Source: Clostridia bacterium (GTDB lineage Bacteria; Bacillota; Clostridia; Oscillospirales; CAG-272). From it: a DNA stretch of 64,000 bases. This document shows positions 39,440-49,113 of the stretch, piece by piece. The notes under the pieces were generated by a model. The model worked only from the letters and a program-made list of their open reading frames with translations. It did not search any database and was not told the origin of the DNA. The stretch lies in NCBI GenBank assembly GCA_017540175.1, contig JAFYBN010000125.1, forward strand, positions 6,108-70,107. Direction: 5' to 3'. The position numbers and the translations under genes are program-made. Position 1 is the stretch's first letter; each line of letters opens with the position of its first letter.

Positions 39440-41215
39440 TCACTTGATCAGCTTTTCAAGCTCCGCGAGCGTCCGCTCGAATTCCTTCATCGCGCTTTCC
39501 ACGACCGCGGGGGAGGTGAGATCGACCCCCGCGATCTTCAGTTCATTGATCGGATAATCCGAGCCGCCCGTGGAAAGGAAGCGGAGATAGTCCGCCGCTT
39601 CCCCGGTCTCGAAGATGCGGGAGGCGATGGCGACCGCGGAGCAGAAGCCCGTCGCGTAGACGTAAACGTAGAACGCGCGGTAGAAATGAGGGATGAACGC
39701 CCATTCGTATTTGATCTCGTCGCGGGTCGCGGCGTTCGGGTAATATGCCTTCTCAAGCTCCTCATAGAGGCCGCACAGCACGTCCGCGGTGAGCGGGGTG
39801 CCGGACGCCTCCAGCTCGTGGGCGCGGTACTCGAACTCGGCGAACAGAGTCTGACGGAACACCGTCGTGCGGAAGCCCTCGAGGAAATTGTTGAGGACGC
39901 ACGCCCTGCGCTTCGGATCGGTTTCGACGCTGAGAAGGTATTTCGTGAGCAGGACCTCGTTCACGGTCGACGCGACCTCCGCCACAAGGAGCTTGTACCC
40001 CGAAAGGGCGTAGGGCTGCGTCTCGGACGAAAGATAGGAGTGCATGGAATGTCCGAGCTCGTGCGCGAGCGTGAACGCGTCGTCCAGCGTATCGCTGTAA
40101 TTCAGCTTCACGAAGGGATGCACGCCGTAAACCCCGGAGGAAAACGCGCCGCTCTCCTTGCCGGGCGTCTCGTAGACGTCGATCCAGTTTTCGTCGAACG
40201 CGCGGGCGATGACGGAGCGGTACTCCTCGCCGAGCGGCTTTACCGCCTCGAGCACGAGCCGCTTCCCTTCCTCGTACGGCACGGTCCAGCCAAGCGCGGG
40301 CACCATCGGGGTATAGAGATCGTACACGTCCAGCGCATTCAGTCCGAGCGCGCGCTTTCTCAATTCGAGATAGCGCTCCATGAGCGGAACGGAGGCGCGG
40401 ATCGCCGCGATCAGGGAATCGTAAACGCTTTCGGGGACGTTCGAACGGGCGAGGGACGCCGCGCGCGCGGACGGAAAGCCGCGCAGGGACGCCTTCAGAT
40501 TGTCCTGCTTCACGGAGCCGCCGTAGAGGCTCGCGAACGTGCCCTTATACGCGCCGTAGGTGCCGAACATGGCGCAAAACGCCGCGTCGCGCACGTCCTT
40601 TTGTTCGCTCTCGCGGAGAACACGGAAATTCCCCGCCGTCAGCCCGACCTCTTCCCCGTTTTCGCCGAGCGTTTTCGGGAGCTTCATTTCGACGTCGGTA
40701 AAAATCTGATAGGTTTCGGACGGCGTGCCGGTAATCTTGCCGATGCCCGCCAAAATGGATTCGGATTTCTCGTCGAGCACATGGGCGCTCAGGCGCGTGG
40801 AGTCGTCTATGAGATGCGCGTATTTCTTCAGCAGCTCATAGGTCAAAAACTCCGCGAGCTTCTCGGCGGGGATCGCCGTCAGCTCGGGATCGAAAAACGC
40901 GGTCGCGGTTCCCGCTTTGACCGAGAGCGAGACGACCATGGCCCGTCTCCGCAAAAAAGCGGCGTCCCCTCCGTCCAAAGCGCAGCCGAGGAAGGCGTAG
41001 CTCCCCACGCGCGCGGTTTTCTCGTCAAACGCCGCGACGGTGTCGTACGCCCGGCAGAGCGACTCGGCGGAATCGCCGAGCGTGCCCTTTAAGGCGGCGA
41101 GGGCCGGGATCGCGGCGTCGCATTCCGCGTACGCCTTTTCCCATTCCTCCGGGGACGCGAAAATGTCCCCGAGGTTCCATTTATACTCCTGCGGGATCTC
41201 GTTACGATTGCGCAT
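39440..41215 (-). CDS. pepF: Oligoendopeptidase F (peptidase M3B)
   Basis: Inner start MRNRNEIPQEYKWNLGDIF (ATG 41215); zinc motif HELGHSMH. Confidence 0.9.
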   Translation of the reverse strand: MRNRNEIPQEYKWNLGDIFASPEEWEKAYAECDAAIPALAALKGTLGDSAESLCRAYDTVAAFDEKTARVGSYAFLGCALDGGDAAFLRRRAMVVSLSVKAGTATAFFDPELTAIPAEKLAEFLTYELLKKYAHLIDDSTRLSAHVLDEKSESILAGIGKITGTPSETYQIFTDVEMKLPKTLGENGEEVGLTAGNFRVLRESEQKDVRDAAFCAMFGTYGAYKGTFASLYGGSVKQDNLKASLRGFPSARAASLARSNVPESVYDSLIAAIRASVPLMERYLELRKRALGLNALDVYDLYTPMVPALGWTVPYEEGKRLVLEAVKPLGEEYRSVIARAFDENWIDVYETPGKESGAFSSGVYGVHPFVKLNYSDTLDDAFTLAHELGHSMHSYLSSETQPYALSGYKLLVAEVASTVNEVLLTKYLLSVETDPKRRACVLNNFLEGFRTTVFRQTLFAEFEYRAHELEASGTPLTADVLCGLYEELEKAYYPNAATRDEIKYEWAFIPHFYRAFYVYVYATGFCSAVAIASRIFETGEAADYLRFLSTGGSDYPINELKIAGVDLTSPAVVESAMKEFERTLAELEKLIK

Positions 41216-41255
41216 GGCGTTTCCTTTCCGTCTCCGGCGCGATGTCCGGCGCGAT

Positions 41256-42089
41256 TTATTTTCTGTACCGTCTTCCGGTCTTTTCAAGGTAGCGGCTCAC
41301 GCTCCCGATCCAGTCGGTCTGGATGATGTCGAAGCGGTCGGCGCACCAGCCCCAGCCGAACTCCGGATCGCCGAGGATTGCGGCGTCGTCCGTATGCCCC
41401 GCCGAGAGCACCGCCTTGTAATTATACACGATGGCGTTGACCCACGCGAGCTTGCCGTCCTTTTTGAGATGCTCGCGGTAGACGTCGCTCGCCGTGGAAT
41501 CCTGCTCGGTCGTGAAAAGCAGCTCCGCGCCGATGTAGTTGATGTTGCGGCGCTTCAGGGATTCGTGGGTGTCGCCCGTTTCCTTGATGACCGGGAGGAA
41601 CTGGATGTCCGGCGCGTATTTTTCCACGATGTCGAGCTGTTCCTTCTTCGGCGCGCATTTTAAGATGATCTGATCCTTCATGTCGTGCCGCTTGACGACC
41701 TCGATGATGGCGGCGGGATTGTCGCCGAATTTGTCGATGTTGATGAAGCAGCGGTCTTTGAGATGCTCGAGCGTCTCGTCGAGGGTGTTCACGCCGAAGG
41801 TCGTGCGCGTCCCGTCCACGTTGCAGAGGCGGAGTTCGCGCACCTCAGCCGCGGTCATTTTCGGAATGCTCACATCCATGCAGAACTGCCTTTTTTCCAT
41901 GCCCGGATGGAAGATGAAGAGTTCGCCGTCCGCCGAGCGGGTCACGTCGAGCTCGATCATGTCCGCGCCCTCCGCGATGGCGAAATCAAAGGACGCGATG
42001 GTGTTGCAGGGGATGTTGCCGCCGAAAATGCCCCGATGCGCGCAGAGGATGATCCGCTCCCGCGCCGTTTCCAGAATATCGAATTTCAT
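41256..42089 (-). CDS. Glycerophosphodiester phosphodiesterase family protein
   Basis: 277 aa; GDPD signatures CAHRG and IELDV near the N-terminus. Confidence 0.85.
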   Translation of the reverse strand: MKFDILETARERIILCAHRGIFGGNIPCNTIASFDFAIAEGADMIELDVTRSADGELFIFHPGMEKRQFCMDVSIPKMTAAEVRELRLCNVDGTRTTFGVNTLDETLEHLKDRCFINIDKFGDNPAAIIEVVKRHDMKDQIILKCAPKKEQLDIVEKYAPDIQFLPVIKETGDTHESLKRRNINYIGAELLFTTEQDSTASDVYREHLKKDGKLAWVNAIVYNYKAVLSAGHTDDAAILGDPEFGWGWCADRFDIIQTDWIGSVSRYLEKTGRRYRK

Positions 42090-42109
42090 GGTTGCCTCCT
42101 GTGGATTCT

Positions 42110-43729
42110 TTATCCTCTTTTTCTGATGTTTTTAAGCTCATTCACGGTCACGACGCGGAACAGGAAAATCAGGAACGCGTACAGGACCCCCGCCGCGAGG
42201 ATGGCTGCGGCTCCCCCGACCTTCACGCCGAGCCAGCGCTCAAGCGGCATGAACAGGAAATATGCGGCGCCTCCCATCAAAAGCGCCGCGGCCGCCGTTT
42301 TCGCCGCGCTGACAAGGATCGGCTTCGCGCAGCCCTTCATGAAGGAGCGCAGGAAGAAGAGATTCATGCCGATCATCACGACGTAACAAACGCAGGTGGC
42401 AAGCGGCGCGCCCTTGATGTTGAGCGCGGGGATGCCGACCAGCACGGTCGTGAGCACGCACTTGATGATGCCGCCGACGGTCAGGCTCACAAGCGGCAGA
42501 TTGACCTTGCCGAACGCCTGCAGGATCGCGCCCGTTACGGAGACGACCGCGTACAGAATGACGGCTATGCCGAAGGTCGCGAGCATGAAGATGCCCTCAG
42601 CCGCGTTTTCATCCGAATAGAGGATGAGAAAGATCGGCTTCGCGAGCACGAGCATCCCGATTCCGGCGGGAAGTGCGAGCATGAGGGAGTAGCGGAAGCA
42701 GTTCGTGAGATTTTTCTTCACCTCGTCCCTGTCCCGCGCCGTGTACGCCGCCGTCAGCACGGGAAGGATGGCGACCGTAAAGGGCACGATGAACGCCGAG
42801 GGGAAATTGAAGATTTTCTTCGCGTTTCCGAACACACCGTTGAGTCCCTTCGCCGTATCGTAATCGAAGAGCAGTCCGGTAAGCGAGAACGGACCGATGC
42901 GGATGCCGTCCTGCAGAAGATGCATGATGATGAAATTGTCGATCACGTTCACAACGCTCATCACCGACGCGCCGAGGGAAACGGGGATCGCGATGCGGAA
43001 CAGCTCCTTCACGATCTGCTTTGTCGTGCGGGTCTGCAGCCCGGAAAAAGTCTTTTCGCGGTCAAAGCTCCGCTTGCGGAAGAAGAGGAACACGACGGCG
43101 AGAATCGCGCCGACCGATACGCCGGAAATGGCCGCCGCGGAGGAGGTGCCGTCGCCCGCGCCGGCTCTCATGACGACAACGGCAAGCGCGATGCCCAGCC
43201 CGAGCTTGACCAGAGCCTCGATCACCTGCGAGATCGCCGTGTGGATCATGACGGAGTGTCCCTGGAAATACCCGCGCAGGGCGGACATGACGAACGAGCA
43301 GAACGCGGTCACGGAAAGGACGCGTATGGAAAGCCCCGCGTCGGGATTGCCGATGAGCCCCGCGAGCCAGTCGCCGAAGATGAACATGAACGCCGCCACG
43401 AAAGCGCCGATCGCGGCGAAGAGGCGGGACGCCACCTCGTAGATGCGCTTTGCCTCGTCATGGTTGCCGCTCACGAGGGTTTCGGAAATCATGCGCGAAA
43501 CGGCGACGGGGAGACCCGCAGACGCCAGCACGGCGAACATATTGTAAATATCGTACGCGCTGTAAAAAACGCCCATCCCGCTTGTGTGGATGATCCGCGC
43601 GATAGGAAAGGTAAAGAGAAGTCCCGCGAGCTTGACGAACGCGGTGGAAACGGTCAGAATGAACGCACCCTCGAGAAAAGAGCCGCGCCGGTTGATATTG
43701 TTCGATGCCAAAACGTATGAACCTCGCAT
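42110..43729 (-). CDS. MOP-superfamily polysaccharide/lipid II flippase, SpoVB-like
   Basis: 539 aa, about 14 hydrophobic helices; N-terminus GSFLEGAFILTVSTAFVKLAGLLFTFPIARI resembles SpoVB/MurJ-type proteins; exact start uncertain. Confidence 0.75.
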   Translation of the reverse strand: MRGSYVLASNNINRRGSFLEGAFILTVSTAFVKLAGLLFTFPIARIIHTSGMGVFYSAYDIYNMFAVLASAGLPVAVSRMISETLVSGNHDEAKRIYEVASRLFAAIGAFVAAFMFIFGDWLAGLIGNPDAGLSIRVLSVTAFCSFVMSALRGYFQGHSVMIHTAISQVIEALVKLGLGIALAVVVMRAGAGDGTSSAAAISGVSVGAILAVVFLFFRKRSFDREKTFSGLQTRTTKQIVKELFRIAIPVSLGASVMSVVNVIDNFIIMHLLQDGIRIGPFSLTGLLFDYDTAKGLNGVFGNAKKIFNFPSAFIVPFTVAILPVLTAAYTARDRDEVKKNLTNCFRYSLMLALPAGIGMLVLAKPIFLILYSDENAAEGIFMLATFGIAVILYAVVSVTGAILQAFGKVNLPLVSLTVGGIIKCVLTTVLVGIPALNIKGAPLATCVCYVVMIGMNLFFLRSFMKGCAKPILVSAAKTAAAALLMGGAAYFLFMPLERWLGVKVGGAAAILAAGVLYAFLIFLFRVVTVNELKNIRKRG

Positions 43730-43877
43730 CTTGATTCGATCGTATTATTTTACCACATCTCCCGTTAGGTGTCAACTTCTTCGGGGCGTTTTTTCGGCTC
43801 TTTCCCGATTTTCGGGCCGGGATTTTCACCCGGTTTTTCAAACCGCTTTTGAGCCGCGGGTTTTTCATGGCGCCGGC

Positions 43878-43906
43878 TTGACAAGCGCGGGGAACTATGA
43901 TAGAAT
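43878..43906 (+). promoter_or_regulatory. SigmaA-type promoter for the binding-protein gene
   Basis: TTGACA 43878-43883, 17-nt spacer, TAGAAT 43901-43906; preceded by phased T-tracts. Confidence 0.55.
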
Positions 43907-43951
43907 TTGAGAAAGGAATCTGTTGAAACCAAGGCAAAAAGGAGAATCACC

Positions 43952-45442
43952 ATGAAACAAAAGCTCTGTCTTCTGCTCGCGCTCTGCCTCCTCCTGACGC
44001 TTTTCGCCTCCTGCTCCGAAAAGCCGGGCGACGAGAGCGCGCCTGAGGCGCAAAACCCCGCCGCTGACCCCGCCGCCGCGGAGGAAGAGGTCGATCCGAC
44101 CGCCCTGCTCTACGCGGATCTGCCGACGGGAAGCTACGACGGCTTCACCTTCTCGTTCGCGAACAACATCAGCAATTTCGCCTACACGATCATGTCCGCC
44201 GAGGAGATCACCGGCGAGGGCATCAACGACGCTGTTTTCAACCGGAACAAAAAAGTTGAAGAAGAACTGAACATCGTCATAGACGAACAGCTCATGAGCT
44301 ACAACGAAGTCACGAGCACCATGAACACGGCGATCGCCGCGGACGACACGGCTTACTCCTGCTTCTGGAACGAGGCGGGCTTCGTCTCGCCGTTCGCAAT
44401 CGGCGGAAAGCTCGTGGACGTGAACACCGTCGACGCCGTCAATCTTTCGAAGCCGTGGTGGGAAGGCGGCGCGATGGAGGAGATCAAGATCCTCGACAAG
44501 CTCTTCTACCTCGTTGGCGACATCCACCTCATGTTCAAGGAATCGTTCTGGATGACGGGCTACAACCGGAACATCCTCGACGAGAACCAGCTCGAAAATC
44601 CCTACGACCTCGTCAAGGAGGGTAAGTGGACCCTTGATAAGATGCAGGTCATGATGCAGACCGCCGCAAGCGATCTCGACGGCAACGGCACGATGGACGG
44701 GGCGGACCGCTTCGGCGTCACCTGCTACTCCGGGTGCGTCAATCCGCTGTACATGGCGGCGGACGAGGTGCTGATCGCCCGAAACGCGGACGGCATTCCG
44801 GAAAACCTCGATCTCGGCGACCGCTTCTACAGCGTGTACGATAAGATCGTGAACACCTTCTTCTCCGCGGACGCGCTGAACACATACGTCTGCATGGACG
44901 GCAAGACCCAGAACATCTCGCAGTATCAGGACGGATGGCACGGCGTCTTCCTCTCCGGGCACGCGCTCTTCTATCTCGAGCCCATCGGCTCGCTGAAAAA
45001 GCTGCGCGACATGGACGCGGAATTCGGCATCGTTCCCTTCGCGAAGTATGACGACGCGCAGGCGAACTACGTCACCTACATCGCCAACTACGCGGCGATG
45101 TGCGGCATCCCGATCACGAATCCCGATCTCGACCGCACCGGCACGATCCTTGAAAACCTCTGCGCGTACTCCCACGGCGATCTGAGGACCGCCTACGTGG
45201 ACACCACGCTCAACTTCAAGTACATCCGCGACGCGGAGAGCAAGGAAATGCTCGATCTCATCCTCTCCTCCGGGCGGTTTAACCTCTGCGATCTGCTCAG
45301 CGTGACCGCCGTCAAGGACGCGATCGCGAACGCGGCGTCGAGCGGCACGACGGGGGTCGCCTCCTCCATCGCGAAGACCAAGAAGCCCGCGGACAAGATG
45401 CTCGAGAAGAACCTCTCGAAGGTGCTGGCGTCCGGGGAATAA
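43952..45442 (+). CDS. Extracellular solute-binding lipoprotein (large family-1 sugar ABC type)
   Basis: Start MKQKLCLLLALCLLLTLFASCSEK (lipobox; ATG 43952 after AAAAAGGAG); about 500-aa SBP architecture; no permease genes adjacent. Confidence 0.75.
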   Translation: MKQKLCLLLALCLLLTLFASCSEKPGDESAPEAQNPAADPAAAEEEVDPTALLYADLPTGSYDGFTFSFANNISNFAYTIMSAEEITGEGINDAVFNRNKKVEEELNIVIDEQLMSYNEVTSTMNTAIAADDTAYSCFWNEAGFVSPFAIGGKLVDVNTVDAVNLSKPWWEGGAMEEIKILDKLFYLVGDIHLMFKESFWMTGYNRNILDENQLENPYDLVKEGKWTLDKMQVMMQTAASDLDGNGTMDGADRFGVTCYSGCVNPLYMAADEVLIARNADGIPENLDLGDRFYSVYDKIVNTFFSADALNTYVCMDGKTQNISQYQDGWHGVFLSGHALFYLEPIGSLKKLRDMDAEFGIVPFAKYDDAQANYVTYIANYAAMCGIPITNPDLDRTGTILENLCAYSHGDLRTAYVDTTLNFKYIRDAESKEMLDLILSSGRFNLCDLLSVTAVKDAIANAASSGTTGVASSIAKTKKPADKMLEKNLSKVLASGE

Positions 45443-45459
45443 GGTAATACCGCAAGAAA

Positions 45460-45487
45460 ACGGCGGGGAATTATCCCTGCCGTTTTT
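45460..45487. terminator. Bidirectional terminator shared by convergent genes
   Basis: 10-bp stem ACGGCGGGGA / TCCCTGCCGT (one G-U pair), loop ATTA, A-run before and TTTTT after; the miaA stop codon (45471-45473) lies in the loop. Confidence 0.75.
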
Positions 45488-46451
45488 GCGTATGACGCCT
45501 GAAAATCTCCGCCGCTTGTGCGAGCAGCTTTTCGGGGGACTTCATGGCTCCGTTTTCGTCCGGGGCGAGGCGGTACGCCTCCGGGTAACGCCGGAACCAG
45601 ATCATCTGCCGCTTGGCATAGTGCCTCGTCGCAAGCTTGATCGCCGCGGCGACGTCTTCGAGCGCGCATTCCCCGCGGAAATACGGCAAAAACTCCTTAT
45701 ATCCGATCGCCTGCGCGGCGGTCTGCGATACGGGCCGCCCGGAGAGCAACAGGGCGCGCGCCTCCTCTTCGAGTCCGCTCTCCATCATCAGCTCCACTCT
45801 CCGGTCGATGCGGGCGTACAAGAGGGCGCGGTCCTCAAAGGTCAGAATGATCGGGCAGTCGTCGTAGGGGATCTCGCCCCCGATCTGCTCCCGGTCGATT
45901 TCCGTTTTCGTGCGCCCGGACACGCGGCAGACCTCGATGGCGCGGACCACGCGCTTGACGTTGTTCGGATGGATCCCCGCCGCGGCATCCGGGTCGAGCT
46001 CTTCGAGCACATGGTGCAGGGCTTCGTTTCCGTGTTCGGCGGCATAGGCGTAAAGCTCATCCCGCAGCGACTCGTCCTTCACGGTTTCGGTAAAGCCCGA
46101 AATCTTCATCAAGGAGTCGTGGTACATCCCGGTGCCGCCGCAGAGGATCGGGAGCCTGCCTCTTTTCGCGATGTCCGCGACCGCTTCCCCCGCGAGCCGC
46201 GCGTAATCGGCGGCGGAGAAATCCTCTTCCGGCTCCGCGATGTCGAGGAGCCAATGGGCGATCCCCGCGCGTTCATCCGGATCGGGCGTCGCCGTGCCGA
46301 TGTCCATGCCGCGGTAAAGCTGCATGGAATCACAGGAGACGATCTCCCCGTCAAACAGGCGCGCCAGCCCGACCGCGAGCGCGGTCTTTCCGGACGCGGT
46401 CGGTCCGAGGACGGAGAGGGTCTTGATTTTTGTTTCAGTAGTCTTTTCCAT
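45471..46451 (-). CDS. miaA: tRNA dimethylallyltransferase
   Basis: Inner start MEKTTETKIKTLSVLGPTASGKT (ATG 46451); P-loop GPTASGKT, DSMQLYRGMDIGT motif. Confidence 0.92.
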   Translation of the reverse strand: MEKTTETKIKTLSVLGPTASGKTALAVGLARLFDGEIVSCDSMQLYRGMDIGTATPDPDERAGIAHWLLDIAEPEEDFSAADYARLAGEAVADIAKRGRLPILCGGTGMYHDSLMKISGFTETVKDESLRDELYAYAAEHGNEALHHVLEELDPDAAAGIHPNNVKRVVRAIEVCRVSGRTKTEIDREQIGGEIPYDDCPIILTFEDRALLYARIDRRVELMMESGLEEEARALLLSGRPVSQTAAQAIGYKEFLPYFRGECALEDVAAAIKLATRHYAKRQMIWFRRYPEAYRLAPDENGAMKSPEKLLAQAAEIFRRHTQKRQG

Positions 46452-46457
46452 GGGAAT

Positions 46458-46486
46458 ATTATACCACGGCACGGCGCCCCTGTCAA
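46458..46486 (-). promoter_or_regulatory. Consensus sigmaA promoter abutting the miaA ATG
   Basis: Minus strand reads TTGACA (46486-46481), 17-nt spacer, TGgTATAAT (-10 at 46463-46458); only 6 nt separate the -10 from the ATG. Confidence 0.55.
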
Positions 46487-46547
46487 CGCGCAATGTGCTG
46501 TGGGGGCGAAATTCGCCCCGAATTCACGAGAATTAACAATTCCCCGG

Positions 46548-46576
46548 TTGCATTCCCTGCCGCGCCGTGCTAAACT
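46548..46576 (+). promoter_or_regulatory. SigmaA-type promoter
   Basis: TTGCAT 46548-46553, 17-nt spacer, TGcTAAACT (-10 at 46571-46576). Confidence 0.45.
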
Positions 46577-46646
46577 ATGCGTGAAGTATATCCCCGCTTC
46601 ACGCCGCATACACTCGCCCGGTCAATTCTCTCCGGGAGGGCTTGTG

Positions 46647-47183
46647 ATGCCGGAACACGGACCGTTCGTTTCACGCGCGGCAAGGCTTTTCATCCGCTGG
46701 TTCTTGGTTTTCCTGCTCGGAGCCTTCGCCGGCGCGGCTCTGTCGCTCTGCGCGCGCGCTCCCCTTTCGGTCGGACGGCTCCCGTCCGATTTCCGCGGCG
46801 CGGTCCGCTTCTTCGGCACCGCCTGCCGCTCGAACGCGGTCTTGCTCGCCGCGGCGGCTCTGTTCATGCCATCCGCGCTGTGCCGTTCCGTTTTGGCGCT
46901 CGGCGTGTTGCATAAAGGCGCGGCGTTCGGCTGTTCGCTCGGCATGGCGTCGCGCGGACTGCTCGCCGTCTCCCACCCCGTCCCCGTATTTCTCATTTAC
47001 TTCGCTTCGTGCCTTCTTATTCTCGCGCTCGCCTCGCTGACCGAGCGGCTCAGCGCCGCCGTATGCCGTCAGGCGAGCCGTCCCCGTCGCGTTCTCCGTC
47101 TTGCGGGCGCGTATCTCTGCCCGTGGGCGGTCTGCTCCGGCGGCGTCTTCGGGTTGACTTTACTCGGGACGTGCTTCCTTTGA
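46647..47183 (+). CDS. Hypothetical integral membrane protein
   Basis: 178 aa from ATG 46647 (GGGAGGG upstream), the 3' part of track ORF 45486..47183; 4-5 hydrophobic helices; no recognisable motif. Confidence 0.5.
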   Translation: MPEHGPFVSRAARLFIRWFLVFLLGAFAGAALSLCARAPLSVGRLPSDFRGAVRFFGTACRSNAVLLAAAALFMPSALCRSVLALGVLHKGAAFGCSLGMASRGLLAVSHPVPVFLIYFASCLLILALASLTERLSAAVCRQASRPRRVLRLAGAYLCPWAVCSGGVFGLTLLGTCFL

Positions 47184-47225
47184 GCGTGCCCCGTCCCCAT
47201 CATTCTTTTGTGAAGGAGGCTTCCC

Positions 47226-48239
47226 ATGCCGGACTTCAATCCAAACAATCCGCGCGAAAATCTGTCCCTCGACGAGATCGAAGAACAGGAACAGGCGGAA
47301 AAGAAAGCCAAAAAGGCGAAATTCAATATCTTCAACCGCGCCTTCCGGGACGGTCAGGGCGTATCGAAGGAAGAGATCGCCATATCCAAAAACCCGACCC
47401 TCGCGAATTTCTTCAAGCTCACGGGGCGCAAGATCAACCAGCTTCTCTCCCTCAACCTCATCATGATCGTCGGCAATTTCCCGATCTTCTTCTTCCTTCT
47501 GTCCATGACGGGGTATTTCTCGATCCACACGACCTCGCCGTATTACGCCGTCTGCGCGCCCCTGCGCGGCGCGATGCTTTTCCATCAGTCCCCCGCCACC
47601 GCCGCGCTCTGGACGCTCTACGGAAAGCAGGCAGAGGTCACGGTGCACACGACGGCGGACAAGGTCCTGCTCGCGATGACCCTGCTTCTTCTCGTGACCT
47701 TCGGACCCGTGCGCGTTGGCATTACCTACATCATGAGGAAAATGTTCTGCGGCGAGCCGATTTTCATGAAGGATTATTTCTTCTACGCCATCAAGCGGGA
47801 CTGGAAGCGCGCCCTGCTAGTCGGCATTCTCGATCTCGGCGTGATCGGCATTCTGATCTATGACATCATTTTCTTCCGCATGAACTACAATCTGAGCATG
47901 CTGATGAGCGTGATGTTCTTCATGTCGTCGGGACTCTTGCTCCTCTACTTCTTCATACGGCCCTATCTCTATCTGATCCTCGTGACCTTCACGATCTCGG
48001 TGCCGAAGATGTACAAGAACTCGATTTACTTCACCGTCCTCGGACTGAAGCGCAACCTCATGCTCCTCCTCGGCGTCGCGGCGACCCTCTTGCTCGAATA
48101 TCTGCTCCTGTCCGTCTATTTCCCGCTCGGCGTGATCGTCCCGTTCGTCATCCTGCCCTCGTTCCTCATGTTCATGGGTGTGTACGCCGCGTATCCCAAA
48201 ATCAAGCAATACATGATCGACCCGTTCTACGAAACCTGA
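47226..48239 (+). CDS. DUF624/YesL-like membrane protein
   Basis: 337 aa; GAAGGAGG RBS; charged N-terminus then helices resembling YesL-family proteins (LSLNLIMIVGNFPIFFF). Confidence 0.6.
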   Translation: MPDFNPNNPRENLSLDEIEEQEQAEKKAKKAKFNIFNRAFRDGQGVSKEEIAISKNPTLANFFKLTGRKINQLLSLNLIMIVGNFPIFFFLLSMTGYFSIHTTSPYYAVCAPLRGAMLFHQSPATAALWTLYGKQAEVTVHTTADKVLLAMTLLLLVTFGPVRVGITYIMRKMFCGEPIFMKDYFFYAIKRDWKRALLVGILDLGVIGILIYDIIFFRMNYNLSMLMSVMFFMSSGLLLLYFFIRPYLYLILVTFTISVPKMYKNSIYFTVLGLKRNLMLLLGVAATLLLEYLLLSVYFPLGVIVPFVILPSFLMFMGVYAAYPKIKQYMIDPFYET

Positions 48240-48255
48240 AATCAGGACGCACGAC

Positions 48256-48311
48256 CGGGGCTTGTGCGCCGACTCCGACAAACGGAGGAGCGGCGGAAGC
48301 CCCGTTTTTTT
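48256..48311 (+). terminator. Rho-independent terminator (long imperfect hairpin)
   Basis: CGGGGCTT (48256-48263) pairs with AAGCCCCG (48297-48304), further internal pairing, followed by TTTTTTT. Confidence 0.6.
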
Positions 48312-48315
48312 GTTT

Positions 48316-49083
48316 TTACATATTCTTCCGGATCCGCTCGAAGGCTCCCTTCTCCAGCCGCGAAACCTGCGCCTGCGAGATCCCGATCTCCTCGGCGATC
48401 TCCATCTGCGTCTTTCCGGCGTAGAAGCGCTTCGTGATGATCTCGCGCTCCTTTGGGCTGAGCTTTGAGATCGCTTCCTTCAGCGCGATGTCCTCCAGCC
48501 AGAGCTCGTCGTCGGCGTCCGTGTCGCGGATCTGATCCATCACGCAGACGGAATCCCCGCCGTCGCTGTACACAGTATCGTAAAGGGAAACGGGCTCCGT
48601 GATCGCCTCGAGCGCCCTGCCGACGTCCTCCGGCTTCTCCCCGATGGCGGCGGCGATCTCCTCGAGTCCCACCTCGCCGTCGACCGAAAGCCTTTCCCGC
48701 GCGGCGAGAGCCCGATAGGCGAGATCGCGCACCGAACGGCTCACGCGGATGACGTTGTTGTCCCTGAGATACCGCCGGATCTCTCCTAAAATCATCGGGA
48801 CGGCGTAGGTCGAAAATTCCACGTCGAGCTCCGTGTTGAAATTGTCCACCGCCTTGATGAGTCCGATGCATCCGACCTGGAACAGATCGTCCATGCACTC
48901 CCGGCGAGTCGAAAACCGCTGCAGCAGGCGAAGCACAAGGCGCAGGTTGCCTTCGATCAGGACGTCCCGCGCCGCGGCGTCGCCCGCGCGCGATTTTTTG
49001 AGAAGCTCCTTCATCTCCTGCGAGGTGAGCCGGGGCAGTCTTGCGGTGTTCACCCCGCAGATTTCAACTTTTCCGCCGTACAT
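48316..49083 (-). CDS. sigG: RNA polymerase sporulation sigma factor SigG
   Basis: 255 aa; KVEICGVNTARLPRLTSQEMKELL ... GNLRLVLRLLQRF ... DDLFQVGCIGLIKAVDNF ... FSTYAVPMILGEIRRYLRDNNVIRVSRS tracks B. subtilis SigG nearly residue for residue. Confidence 0.9.
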   Translation of the reverse strand: MYGGKVEICGVNTARLPRLTSQEMKELLKKSRAGDAAARDVLIEGNLRLVLRLLQRFSTRRECMDDLFQVGCIGLIKAVDNFNTELDVEFSTYAVPMILGEIRRYLRDNNVIRVSRSVRDLAYRALAARERLSVDGEVGLEEIAAAIGEKPEDVGRALEAITEPVSLYDTVYSDGGDSVCVMDQIRDTDADDELWLEDIALKEAISKLSPKEREIITKRFYAGKTQMEIAEEIGISQAQVSRLEKGAFERIRKNM

Positions 49084-49113
49084 AAAAGCCCTCCGTTCGG
49101 TAATACCTTCGTG

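Noticed and set aside
45486-46646. 5' two-thirds of the 565-aa plus-strand ORF 45486..47183
   Set aside because: This part is antisense to miaA and crosses the intergenic promoter region. Only the distal 178 codons (from ATG 46647, with an RBS) look like a real membrane-protein gene.
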